A stretch of DNA of 64,000 nucleotides from Marsupella aquatica (lineage: Eukaryota; Plantae; Marchantiophyta), in assembly GCA_973895155.1 (NCBI GenBank), contig OZ316893.1:19348857-19412856 (forward strand). The letters are read 5' to 3'. A program made the translations under genes and the position numbers. Below are positions 37,408 to 50,349 of this stretch, in pieces. The notes under the pieces were generated by a model, which did no database searches, was not told the origin of the DNA, and worked only from the letters and a program-made list of their open reading frames with translations. Position 1 is the stretch's first letter. The number at the start of each line of letters is the position of its first letter.

Positions 37408-38572
37408 CTATTTGCAGTTCGGTCCAGCATCTGCTAACTCCTTCAGCTTGGCATCAATTTCAGCCTCAGTGAGGCCATCTAGAGCTACACTTCGCTCCAC
37501 TCCATAGTCTGCGAAATCCGGACAGTATGAGAATTTAAGAAATCAGGACATCCGGGGAACAACGGTGCAAAAGAAGAAAGAAAAAAGAAAAAAACGCAAA
37601 AGAGGGTCGTTGATTCCAAGTCAAGTTGTACAACCTGCCAATGTCAGTCAACCTATGTATTCAAATACATTGCAAGTGAAGGAGCTCGTCCTCAACCCTA
37701 AATTGTCAGCAGTCGAATATCAGTCGTGGGATTTCCACACTACGAAATTGGCAGAGCGTAAAGATTTCGCACAATACCACCAAAAACTGACCACTGCAGT
37801 TGTAAGGAACATTACTGAGCGATCCAGAAAAGATCAACTCCTAAACCCTAAATTGTGCAGAGTGCCAACAGAAGACCTATGCATACGAGCAGAGAGCCAA
37901 AGTGAGATACCTGGTATAATGTGAGCAAAGCACAAACCCTAAATTGTGCAATGTATAGCATGACAATTGACTGGATATTGGTCTCAGCGAAAATGAATCA
38001 GGCACGAGACTAGGGTCGATGAAGCGAGATTTTCATCGTAGGAAGAATGACATACCGTAACGGGCCCAGATTCGAGGTTGGATCCCACTACACTCGCGAA
38101 TTAGTATTGGGAGCCGGGGGTTCAGAGTCTTCAGCTCTTTGTAATTCTTCACAATGAAGTCCCTGTGAACACGTTTGTAACTCATCTCATCAGAGAAACG
38201 AGACTGAACCGAGTCCGTTGCTTCGGTGGCACATAGTAAAGCTCACAATCAAAAACGAAAGTCGAGAACCGAGAGTCGATTGGACTGAGACCAGAGAGGT
38301 GGCAGGACGGCATTCAAACATGTATTCAAAGGCGAACAAAGAAACAGAACCAAGGAAAGAGAATATAGACACAAATGCAATCAGGAAAGGCGGACTGCAA
38401 CATCAAAGAGAGAAAAGCAGCAGGTAGGTCCATTTAAATCGACATCTCAATTAAGTTGCATTGAGGAGAAGGGATGGGCTTCGAACCGAGTGACTTTGCT
38501 GGCTGCAGAAGTCTGGCACAAATGGATGCGCAACTCCTGGAGCGATTCCGCGAGCTTGCCCCTCCACGCCAT
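37408..38572 (-). CDS. NDUFA2: NADH dehydrogenase (ubiquinone) 1 alpha subcomplex subunit 2 (complex I B8); exons 38572-38487, 38162-38056, 37508-37408
   Basis: Spliced translation [101 protein letters not shown] introns with consistent phases. Confidence 0.95.
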
Positions 38573-38844
38573 TTTCCCTTGCTTGGGTTGGGTGCTCTCT
38601 GGAGCTTCAAATACTTCTGCAGTACTTGCACTACTTCGTCACACGGTGAGGAAAAGGAGAATTGAGCGTAGGTAGTCACCCAATAAATGTGAGTTATACG
38701 GTGCAGTCGGCTCTTTATAAGTGCAATATAAATAAGTGCATAACCTGGCTAATTGGATTGCGTCCTTTTCTTCCCTTTTTCTCACGACCATTCTGCACTT
38801 CTTTATATATGTGCAAAGAGCCCTCGTTTACACAACAAATATGT

Positions 38845-39525
38845 AAGTGCAAAACCTGTACAAGAAATCTAATTAATGAAACCTGATCACAAGCTAGTTC
38901 CTGAGCCTAGCATACATTGGAGGCTCTAGACACTAACTATGAGTGAGGGCATAACTAAAAATGAGGGGCTCTAGACACTAACTATAGGTGAGGGCATAAC
39001 TGAAAATGAGGGGCTGTAGACACTAACTTTAAATGAGGGCATAACTGAAAATGAGGGTGCACAAGGACATACCCCACCCAAAGTGCAAAACCCTGTACAA
39101 GAAATCTAATTAATGAAGCCTGATCAAAAGCTAGTTCCTGAGCCTAGCATACATTGGAGGCTCTAGACACTAAGTATAAGTGAGGGCATAACTAAAAATG
39201 AGGGGCTCTAGATACTAACTGTAGGTGAGGGCATAACTGATAATGAGGGGCTGTAGACACTAACTTTAAATGAGGGCATAACTGAAAATGAGGGTGCACA
39301 AGGACATACCCTACCCGAAGTGCAAAACCTTGTACAAGAAATCTAATTAATGAAGCCTGATCAAAAGCTAGTTCCTGAGCCTAGCATACATTGGAGGCTC
39401 TAGACACTAACTATCAGTGACATTGGAGGCTCTAGACACTAAGTATAAGTGAGGGCATAACTAAAAATAAGGGGCTGTAGACACTAACTTTAAATGAGGG
39501 TGCACAAGGACATACCCTACCCGAA
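38845..39525. repeat. Higher-order tandem repeat: about three ~237-bp units built from ~37-bp subunits
   Basis: AAGTGCAAAACC...TACAAGAAATCTAATTAATGAA starts at 38845, 39081 and 39318. Subunit is GAGGGCATAACT.AAAATGAGGGGCT.TAGACACTAACT. Confidence 0.9.
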
Positions 39526-40837
39526 CCTGGGATCCAGTCACAAACTGTCTCCCTTGGCAGCCCCTATCACTAGTGATGCAATGCATCCACTAGCTTGTTG
39601 AGATCACTTGTATATCTCAACTTTATGGCCCATCAACCAGGGATGATGCCAATGGCACCACCCTTATACAACTACTCAAATTTGGCTGTTTCATAGAAGT
39701 TTTTTCTAATTTTTCTGATAGTTTTTGTAACTTTTACTACTTAACTAAGAATCCGCATGAAACAACTCTTAGTGTATTGAAAAGCCCTTTGAATTCTGCT
39801 TCTTTCAAGACTAGAAATGTCAACTCTGATCTTAAAACAAAAACAAAATAATTGATTGAATTTGCTGTTTCTTGCAGCACATATGTCCAGATTGATCTAT
39901 CTGTGAATTTTGGATTTGATTACTTGCTAGTTGTGTGATGGGGTCCCTGTCCTTAAAGACCAACCTTAATTGGTTACGGAGTGTTTTTAATGTAAATAAA
40001 CTGTAAATAACCTATTTTCAACTTAATTTTTATTTTTTTGCATAACTAAGTTAATGAGACAATTCTGTGTGTTCATGGAGCATTGGAGGGTCGGCGCACT
40101 TGGAGCCGGGGAGAAACTCAATTTTTATATGGCCCCTTAACTCACTTCGTGGCTGGCCATGCCGTGAAAATAGAGTACCTCGGCAGTTTGAGTCTCGGCT
40201 AAGGCTTGTGGCTCTTGGGGGGTTTAACACTCCATTTTTTAAGGCTAGCCAGGAGAGAGGGGGCCATAAGGAGCAACCCAAAGGCTGCCACGTGGAATCT
40301 CCAAAGGGAGCTCATGGGCAGCCAAGGGGGGGATGGAGCCCGGCAGTAAGGCGGAGCCCGGTAAGAAGGTGACCCCGGCAGTTAGGCGGAGCCAAAGTGA
40401 AGGGGCCCGGCAGGAGGCCACATGGAGGAACCCGGCATCGTGGCGACCCCTGCATAGGGAGGCACGCCCAAGGAGAGCTGAGAGGGAAGAAAGGAGCCCG
40501 ACAACAAAAAATAACCCTGGCAGGGGGGCGTAAGGAGGCCGGGGCAGAGCCAGCTAAGAGAACCCCGGCTGGGGTAAGCAAGGCGCGAATAAGGAGGGCA
40601 GAAGGGGCGTGCCAAGGCAGGCGCGCATAAAAGGCAAGCCCCGGCATAGGGCCGCAAGCCATTCACGATGAAAGACAAGATCGAGGCTCATAATGAGCCT
40701 AACGTACCTTTTCGCCGCTTGCTGCCCGCACTTGCTGCCCAAACTTTTTTCAAAGTCATATTTTTTCTAAGTGTGACTAGAGTGTGAATGATCCCCACTT
40801 TTGGCTGGGGTGAATGACAAAAGCGCCTTTTGTTGCT

Positions 40838-40900
40838 CACCAGATTCAAACCTGAGACCTGTTGCATCCCAAAGGAGCTGCTCTACCATCCAGCCTTGGG
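40838..40900 (-). pseudogene. tRNA-like relic (pseudo-tRNA or SINE head)
   Basis: Minus strand GGCTGGATGGTAGAGC (A-box-like) ... CTTTGGGA (possible TGG anticodon loop) ... GGTTTGAATC (B-box-like). No good acceptor stem. Confidence 0.35.
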
Positions 40901-41122
40901 GTAGTTGGTGTCCAGACTGATTCGCTCTAGGTATTTAATCACATACTAACGTGAGAAATACTGGGCAGCGGGCAGTCGATCACGTACGGGGCTAATCAAT
41001 GCTAATCACATTGATGAGCCTCGATCTTGCCTTTCGTTCTTAATCACGAGCCGTGGTCAAGCGAGTTAGGGGGGTGGGGCCATTAAAAGTCCCCCGATCC
41101 TGGGGGAAGGCAGGTACAAAGG

Positions 41123-44100
41123 TGTCGTGCGCATACACATCGCTACACAACATACATCGCTTGTCACATACATCCAGACATAGTCACATTGCCACATCAC
41201 AAACACAAGAGAATGGAATACAAGTGGAACTCATGTCCACACATGTCCAAAACCCACAATAATCTCCTCAACAATGGCAACAATAATCTCCTCAACAATA
41301 CCCCATCGATCCCGCACCGATCCGATCACACACGTATGTCAAGCCAACGCACCTTGCACTACTCAAGGAATCCACGTTACACAAGCGGAGCTCACAGCCA
41401 CCATAGCCACACTCAAGCTCCTCTCTCTCCAAGGCTCAACATTGAAAGATGACCTTTCAATGCCTCACAAGTGAGAAGTACCCTCTCACACAAACCTAAT
41501 GGAACCTTATCGGCTCATATAGCACACATACCAAACATACAGATCTAGATAGTATGATACACTCTAACACTACCTAGAATGGTGTGACAGTTGTCGTGCG
41601 CATACACATCGCTACACAATATACATCGCTTGTCACATACATCCAGACATAGTCACACTGCCACATCACAAACACAAGATAATGGAATACAAGTGAAACT
41701 CATGTCCACACATGTCCAAAACCCACAATCGCCCCCTAGCTAGGAGTAAGGTCCCCTAACTCTAGCTAGCCATGAGTTCTACAAGGTTGATATACACCTT
41801 TTTAGGTGTGAAGATCAGGAGGCCGAGTGCAAGTGAGCCCCATCAATCACCTACCTGCAATCCATATCTGCCAAGAGAACACAAATGATAACTAGTCGGC
41901 TTCACCGACACTGAGGACACAACCATGATCCACTAGGAATCACCTGCAATGGTGGTGTCAAACATGACATGTGCCATCCTCTAAAACACTTATCACAAAT
42001 CAACATAGTAGTTGCTCCCTGAGCAGATCCACACAACATACATTTCAAGCCAGCACGAACATGTGCCAAGCTTGGATCTACTGTACCATCAATGTTGGGA
42101 AGGTGACATGGTGCACAGTTGCGGACATGATCCTTCCAAACCATACCATCGTGTCCCTCCAACATCAGGACACCAGAAGGCAACACTTCACGCACACGTA
42201 AGATTATCCGGCCTGCGGTCACATCAAGTGTCGCGGGTGCTGTCTGCTACAAATAAACATAATCACCAGGATGAAATCGTCGAATGCTTGCACAGTAACC
42301 TCCTCCACGAATAGTGGCATACCTCAAAGTATCACGATGTTGGGCAATGGCAAGGTTGTCAAAAGCCATGGGCATCACTCTTTGAAATACCCGTGCTCTC
42401 TCTGAACACACCTTGACCCAAACATCAGGATCATCCAAGTTCACAACTGGTGCAGCATCATGACGAATAGCTGCGGGAATAGTTGCTGGAAAATCTGGCT
42501 CTCTACCATAGAGCAAAAAGTAAGGTGAGAAGGATGCAAGTGATGCTTGCCGACTGAAACGGTAGCCCATAGCTAACCAAGGTAGCTGGAGATCCCAATC
42601 TCCCAAATGACCAACCTGCAAGCCATACTTACGCAATCCTCTCTTCACAGTTTGCACAACTCTCTCAGCTAATCCATCTGCCTCAGGATGATCACGAGAG
42701 GTAGTACGATGATCAATCAGAGCTTGTTCACACAAACTCTCAAACTCTTCACGGAACTCAGTTCCCTCATCAGTCAATACCTCAGCTGGTGCTCCAAAAT
42801 GACTGAGTACACGATCCAAAAATGTAGCAGCAACTCCTCCACTAGCTTTATCGGGCAACGCCACTAGCTCAATCCACTTGGAGAAGTGCTCCACCATGAC
42901 CAAAACATACCGATTATGACGTTGGGTAAGAGGTAATGGACCAGCAAAATCCAAACTCCAACGATATCCCAAACCCATGATCGACAACGGGTGCAACTGG
43001 GAGTGGGAGCATTAAATGATGCTCTCACTCTATCACATACCACACACTTAGCTATCAACTACTGGACATGAGTGTGCATACCACGCCACCAATATTGTGT
43101 CTGCAACAAGCTATAAGTGCGCTTCACACCAAAGTGCCCCAACTCCTCGTGTGCATGTCGCACCAAATGTACTCGTTGTGATGGTTTTGGTACCACCAAC
43201 ACCCTACCATCATGCAGTACTCTCAAAAGATGGTTTCCCTCCCATCGAAACCTCTTGGCTCTCTATAAAACCCTGTCACGTTCTTTGGCATCAACACTGC
43301 CAACAATAGAACCACTGCACAGATATTCCAACACTCTCACATCATTGTGAATATCTTGCTGTCCAGAAGTTACCTCACCAACATCCACATATGAAGACTC
43401 CTCATCCACTCCATCTAATGAGGTAGAGTCCACAGATCCACTGTATGCTGGCACCCAACAAAGAAAGGCAGATGCATGTCATCCTGGCACCATCTCCTTA
43501 TCTGACTCATCATGCCATCTGGCTCCAGTCTCATCCTGTTGACTGGTACATGGATTGCGGCTTAATCCATCTGCATCCAAGTTCACTTTTCCAGGCCTAT
43601 GCACCACCTGGAAATCATACTCCTATAACAACAATGCCCATTGTGCAAGCTTCCCTATAAGCTTGTCAGACTCCATTAACCACTTAAGAGGCTGATGATC
43701 AGTGATCAAGGTGAAGGGGTTACCAAACAAGTAGCAACGAAAGTGTGCAACAGCCCACACTGCTGCCAAACACTCTCCCTCATACGAGCTATACTTAGCC
43801 TCTGCTGAATTGTTTGATCTACTGGCATAAGCCACAACAAACTCATTTCCCTCATCATCCTTCTGAGTCAGCACTGCTCCAAGTCCTACTCCACTCCAAT
43901 CAGTGTGTAGCTGAAATGGTCAACCTAAAATGGGTCTTCTCAAAATAGGGGATGATGCCAACCTTTGCTTCAACTCCTGAAAGGCATGCTCCTGGTCATC
44001 ACCCCAAATCCATTCCTGATCCAACTTAGTGAGTATGGTCAAAGGTTTAGCAAGCTGGCTAAATCCTTTAACATACCTCCTGTAGTAGCTCGCCAATCCC

Positions 44101-45856
44101 AAGAATGCACGAACTCTACTCACATCAGTAGGACAAGGAATCTGTGTAATGGCCTCCACTTTAGTCTGCTATACACCCAATCCCTAAATTGTGCCCCACT
44201 TCGAGTGAAACCGGTCCGTCATCCATCGGGTAACCCAATAACACCAGAAGAATCCGTGGTGACCAACCCTAACCTAATCTATGTGCTAACCCTAAGGGCA
44301 ATCTGTCCCTATCAGCACCACAAGCACTCACCATGGTGTGTTGGGGGCATCATTCCAACATCACCAGGAGAGAAATACACAACACACTAGAATGACCGGT
44401 TGCAAACCCGGATCACTCCTATGGAATCAAGCGCCCATACCGAACCAACATGGCGCATAAACAGGAAACAAGTGTGGAGAGGATCCAATCAACAAGAATA
44501 GTCAAACACTAACTCTCCACACCAAGAGTGATCACACATTGATCAAACAAATATTCATAATGTTCAATGAAAGGCCTTCATAATAGGCTTCATGATGTTC
44601 TAATGTTATAGATGAGAAACCATGCAAAATTGGTTCAATCTGTGTATTTAGATGAACTCTGAACTATCCAAAATCTCTAAAGAGGCTCTGATTTGGCCCG
44701 AAACAAGGCTCTAAGCAAACCGGAAAGTGTATAAAGTCCCCTAGCGCTTGAATTTAAACAAGTTGTGAAAACTTGTGTATACACAAGGTGGGATGAGAAC
44801 TTGTCAGTTAAGCGCCTGCGGCTGGGAATAGCCTCGGGATGGGTGACCTCGCGCTTCGCCTTGCGCTCGCGACTCGGAATAGCCCTCGTGCCTCCCCTCG
44901 CGCTCACGGCCCGGAATAGCCCCGCGATGGGTGACCTCGACCTTGCGCTTGCCTGCGCTCGCGAAGGGTGACTTCGTGCTCGCGATTGGGAGCACTTTCG
45001 GGATGGGTGACCTCGCGCGCCTCACACCTGACCCCAAAATGACTACTTTTTTCATGAAAATCTCCCGAAAACTATCGATTTTCTTCCCAAAAAGCTGTCG
45101 ACCAACAGGAACCCAAAAATTGTCGAAAGCTCTTTTCTTTTCTTCCCGAAAAATGGAACAAACATCGACCAAACGATATGCAGATTCAAATCTATAGAGC
45201 AGCCCGCTACACGCACAAATCCTTGTCAAAGAGCTCACAATAATCACCCAATCAGCTTATCAAAGGCTTCACAATGATCGAACGGCACCACCGATCTGCT
45301 TGAGAACTCTGTCCAAAAACCGTCAACAGCAGAACTTTAGAACTCGGATCTCCCACTTCAGATCCGTTACCAACAACCAACCAAGATGCCAACGATCTAT
45401 TCAATACGATCCGAGCTACCACGGATCCACACAACGATTTCCCCAACCGTCGCCAACTCAATCAACACATACAAACTTTTGTTTGCACAGTCCGCACAGC
45501 AGACTTTGCATCTGATCTTTCAATGTGATCTCCTCAACAATCGGCACAACGATCCCAATCAACAATACCCCATCGATCCCGCACCGATCCGATCACACAC
45601 GTATGTCAAGCCAACGCACCTTGCACTATTCAAGGAATCCACGTTACACAAGCGGAGCTCACAGCCACCATAGCCACACTCAAGCTCCTCTCTCTCCAAG
45701 GCTCAACATTGAAAGATGACCTTTCAATGTCTCACAAGTGAGAAGTACCCTCTCACACAAACCTAACAGAACCTTATCGGCTCATATAGCACACATACCA
45801 AACATATGAATCTAGATAGTACGATACACTCTAACACTACCTAGAATGGTGTGACA
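41123..45856 (-). mobile_element. Composite Ty3/gypsy LTR retrotransposon relic
   Basis: TG...CA ends flanked by AAGG on both sides. 136-bp LTR-like repeats at 41123-41258 and 41592-41727. 297-bp direct repeats at 41293-41589 and 45560-45856. PPT-like GCTAGGGGGCG next to 41727. pol order is RT-RH-INT. Confidence 0.8.
41902..44180 (-). pseudogene. Disrupted gypsy pol: RT thumb/connection, RNase H, integrase, C-terminal PHD finger
   Basis: VRAFLGLASYYRRYVKGF; VVAYASRS...YSSYEGECLAAVWAV...TDHQPL; WSLDFAGPLP...VLTDEGTEF...DGLAERVVQT; CMLCGSAQGATTMLICDKCFRGWHMSCLTPPLQVIPSGSWLCPQC. Several stops and frameshifts. Confidence 0.9.
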
Positions 45857-48519
45857 AAGGGCGAGTGTTAGGGGGGGAAAGTAAATTCCCCGATCCCGGG
45901 GGAGGCCTCGGAAGCCGGAGGCAGGTGCATAGGGCCTCGCGTCCTTGGGGAAACAAAATAAAAGCCCCAACCCTGGGAGGCAGGTGCCGCGTAAGGGGGG
46001 AGGGGGATGGAAGCTCCCCGGCCCTGGGGCCTAATAAAGGCTTCCCTGTAATTAGAGAGGCCTCTCACTCTTAGCTTTGTTCAAGGAGAAGTAGAAGTAG
46101 CAAAGGTTTGCTTATCTGGAAGAGCGGTGTCTCACTTTCAATTGCATTGTTAATCATTATGATATGGAGATAATACAGGAATGAGATGTGTGGAATGGTA
46201 AAAAGGAACTATGGAGTGAAAGTGATCCATTTTAAAACATTTTAACCTTACTTGAAGCTTATTTAGGTGTATCCGTCACCCCTTAATCCATTTTAAGCCT
46301 CAAAGGAATGTTATGGAAGAAAGCTAAGAAGTTTGAGTTTGGAAGGAGGAATCGCTTCGGGAGGAAGCAGAAGAATCGCTTTGCAGAAAGACTGGCTGAA
46401 GAATCGCTTTGGAAGTTGGAAAATCGGTTTAGACTTTTGGCAACAACTTTGACGGACGATTGCGGATCGGTCTGATGTCATTTTGAGTAGATTTTTGGTG
46501 CGTTGGAAAGCTCTTATCAAGGGCTATAAGGAGAATTTCAGTTTGGTCCCAAAAGACCAACTTCAGAATAACCCAAACCGATTCTCCAAGGTTTTTTGGC
46601 ATATGTTACTTAAATCGTTTCCTATCTCTTTTCTCACCTCTTCAGCTTTCCCATGAGTTAGATAGAGTAGGATATAGAGGGACATAGTTTAGTGTACCTT
46701 TAGGAATTAGATTTAGAGAGTCTTAGACTTATTTTACCTTTTAGGACCCTAAGTTTAGATGAGAAAAGGTTTTTAGGCTTCTAAACCTTTTAGCATCTTA
46801 AACCTTTTGAGGGAGCCTTACAAGTGGACTCCCAAGATCATGATTCATTGTCTTTTCTTCAACATTGATTTTTGACCAAGTGTGGGTCTTTTTCTCATGC
46901 CAAATTGGGCTTAGGAGAAAGAATTTAATGGAGAAGACTTGTACCACTCACATCAATTGAATTTCAAACATTTCATGAATCAAACTTAAGTATTCAAGTT
47001 TTGATGTTTGAATTAGTCGTAGGAAATAGATTTGAATGGATAACTAAGGTGTGCCTTTGAAATCTAGTTGAAATGGGAATTGTACCAACCTTCATGACGT
47101 AAAACCGATCACTACTAAGTGTATAAGGAAGTTAGAGGGAAGAGAAAACCTTTCAATCTATCGAGAAGAAGCCGAACCTAAGGAAGTTCATTTCAGCATT
47201 TGTGACGTAATAATCGTTTCAGGATTATATAAGGAAAAACAGCAAAGAAATCGCTTGAAGATTTCGAACATCACAAAACCTTGGTAAATCGCTTTGTTTA
47301 TTCTTTACGGGACCAAATCTTGGTATTTAAGGATAAAAGTATATACATTTATATTATTCCACTTACCATAAGATGCATGCTGAACAATGGAGGAGCTTTG
47401 TTCAGCTCTGTCAAAACACAGTAGCCTGTTTGACTTGCTCTATTGTTCTCCATAATCCTATGTCTGGAATGAGTTATGATGTCAAGGAGGCGCCCGGCCC
47501 AGTAGGCTCATTAATTCCCATTGACTTAACAAATTGCCACCAGAGTCTTTCTCTATGACTCTGTTGTTTGATTTTTTTGCTAAGTGGTGAGAAATCTGCA
47601 TTCGCACTAACTACTTGTCCTATCTGAGTGATGCAGATCTCTTTGTTGTTTTCACCTTCAAAACATCATTTGATCACAAAAGTTTTCTAGAAACAAATAT
47701 GGCAGAATTCAGGCTGAGGATTGGACATTGAGGCTCAAGACATTGAGGTAATAAATTGGTTATGGTCCGGGTCACAATGGTAGAAAATGATGTTGCTTCA
47801 GGGGAACTGCCCATGTGTAGTTTGTCTTGCCATTTTCACTATGTCAGCAGAATTGGTGACACTGTAGGCAGGTAATGTTCAACATAACTCACAAACGCTC
47901 AATCAGGGATGTTAGAAACATAATTTCTCCAATGTGTAAGCAAAAACCATCAAAAAACTGAACCTTTCGTTTGATAAACCAAAGAGATCATCTCAACCAA
48001 GACCACCGAGAGACTCAAAACCATCAGTTACCACCTTGTTGTAAATTGATTTCACTTCATCACATGCACACACATTCCTTGGATGAACATGGGGGTCCAC
48101 GGATTAATTGGAGGAGATAGTATTGCTTACTTTGCACTTTCACTTTCACTCCAAAGGAACTTTAGAAGCGTGGTCATGGTTTTCAGGAGAAGGTATTTGT
48201 CCTTTGCACCAGACCTTAGAAGATTGTTTGTTTGTTTAATGTGCAGGATGCCTGAAGGGACAACACAGTTGTCAAATGGAGATTTGAAGGTCAAGTTAGA
48301 GCACTAGAGTGTTGGCTTCCTCCTCATTGTGGGAGTCGTTGCACACAGGTTTACCCTTGAATTGAGAGAATCAAAATGTTAGATAATATGTACTCCTTAC
48401 AATATAGAGATAGTTTAAATGATGGATCTGTTGTCAAGACTGTAGACTCCTAATTGTAAATCAGATCTTTTTAGTAACCAAAGAAGCAGACATTCCCACA
48501 AGGTCGAAGTATCCTACTA

Positions 48520-48790
48520 ACTATTCTACAACAGTACGTTAGAGCTCACAATAGAAGGTGCTCAGACTGATACTAGTTAATGTAGTTAATCTTTTTGATC
48601 GGGATTTAGGTGTCATTTTTCTTGCTTACGAGGGGCTGCATTATTTGAAAGAAATAGTACTATACAAAGGTCCCTCGACTATTCTACAGCAGTACGTTAG
48701 AGCTCACAACAAAAGGTACTAGTTAACTTAGTTTGTCTATTTGATCAGGAGTTAGGTGTCATTTTGCTTGCTTACCGGGTGATGCATTAT
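48520..48790. repeat. Diverged direct duplication (~158-bp spacing)
   Basis: ACTATTCTACA.CAGTACGTTAGAGCTCACAA and TTTGATC.GGA.TTAGGTGTCATTTT each occur twice. Confidence 0.7.
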
Positions 48791-49202
48791 CCTAAAAAAA
48801 ATTGTATATGTAAAATTCCCTTGAAGAAATTTGTAAACACTAGATTGTGATCTTGTCGCAAAGTAACCTTGTAGGATTTACAGAAATTTTTAATTCCTCA
48901 AATGAGCTTGTTTGTTTATACAAGTGACCAATCTGTCAGGTCCAAGGGGTTTGACTGATTCTACATTGATCCAGATCTATGGCTGACTTGGATTTTGTTC
49001 AAAAAACTGCTATTGGAATTTGTCACAATCTTTGCAAATAATCATCCGTCCAAATAGCTTATCAAGTCTAACTAAACTGGTGATGGATGATATTGAGTTT
49101 GATTAGATCTGATTCAATGAGATCTAATCAAACCACGATCACATCAAACTCAATATTAGATCTAATCAACGATCTGATCTGATTACATCGTGGCGACTGA
49201 TT

Positions 49203-50083
49203 AATCATGGTTTCTTCACCAACGGGAGAGGAAGCCACTGGAAGGTCTGCGACGGAAGCTGCTCCAGATGCAACCTTGGCTTTGAAAACACCGACCACCT
49301 CTTTTTCACCTGCAACACAGTGACAGAAAGATGGCGGGAAGTGCAACAGTTGATGCAAGGCGCTACCGCGTTCAGCATTAGATACACATCACTCTTTGAT
49401 GCTATTCAAAATGCCATTCATCACCAGAAGAAGAAACCAGGATCAGTGGTACTCTTGATGGAAATGTGCAATAGTATTTGGCGTGAGCGCAACGCTGCCA
49501 CCTATTCTCAGTTTCTTGGCCGCCTCCCAGGTTGGGTGATAATCCGCTACACTGAAGCACACATGAAAGCTATGATGGATAGATGTTTTACTCCGAAGAA
49601 ACAAAAACAACTCCAAACCGCTCTTGAACAACTACAGATGGTGCTGAGACCTTGGGAACACAACGAGACTCCTCTTCCACTTACCCCCAGTTCTGAGGAT
49701 GAGGAGGAGACATATTAATAGTTTTAAAGAGAGGGATTTTGAGATACCTGCCATTGGCAAGGAAATTAGGACTGTTCAGAGGAAGCTTAAGACTCAAGGT
49801 ATAGGTTATACTGGTAGCAATGCAACTTCTCTACATGGCTGGATGAATTACAAGGAGAGCCGTATTAGAGACACATACAGAAGGCATGTGGAGCAAGACA
49901 CCTGCGGGTGGTTTCTCCGGGTTCCCTGGCCTGACTAGGCCTTGTTTTGTTTGGTGGTTTTGGCCTTCTGTCGCCGCTGGCCCCGGCTTGTTTTCTTCCT
50001 GGGCGGCCTTTGCCCCCTGGTTGTCCTCCCCCCGTGGGGGGCGTTTTCTTTGGAAAAAAATAAAATTAAAAATTAAAAAAAAA
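49203..50083 (+). mobile_element. 5'-truncated L1-type LINE (ORF2 C-terminal zf-RVT region, 3' UTR, A-rich tail)
   Basis: CSRCNLGFENTDHLFFTC zinc knuckle followed by IWRERN; ORF ends at 49718; A-rich tail at about 50053-50083. Confidence 0.8.
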
Positions 50084-50349
50084 TTGGTACTTTACATAGG
50101 AGTAAGCAACACAATTGGAGACCACTACTCAAGGATGGCAATTGTCTCGTTCCTTGTTTGCCATCTTGATCAAGCGGGTGATCAAGTTAATGTTGGATTG
50201 CAAATGTTGTTAAAGAATGTCTCAATGTGTTGCTCATGTTTGCACATTACTTTGGTAAGATGGAAAGTGAAGGAGAAGCTTGAGGAGCTTGTACAATGTC
50301 TCATGGTTTGCATGGGTTGTCGGAGTGAATTTGAGATATTGATGTAAAA

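Noticed and set aside
38845-39525. CRISPR-like array of ~37-bp repeats
   Set aside because: There are no unique spacers and no cas genes, and the context is eukaryotic; it is a plain higher-order tandem repeat.
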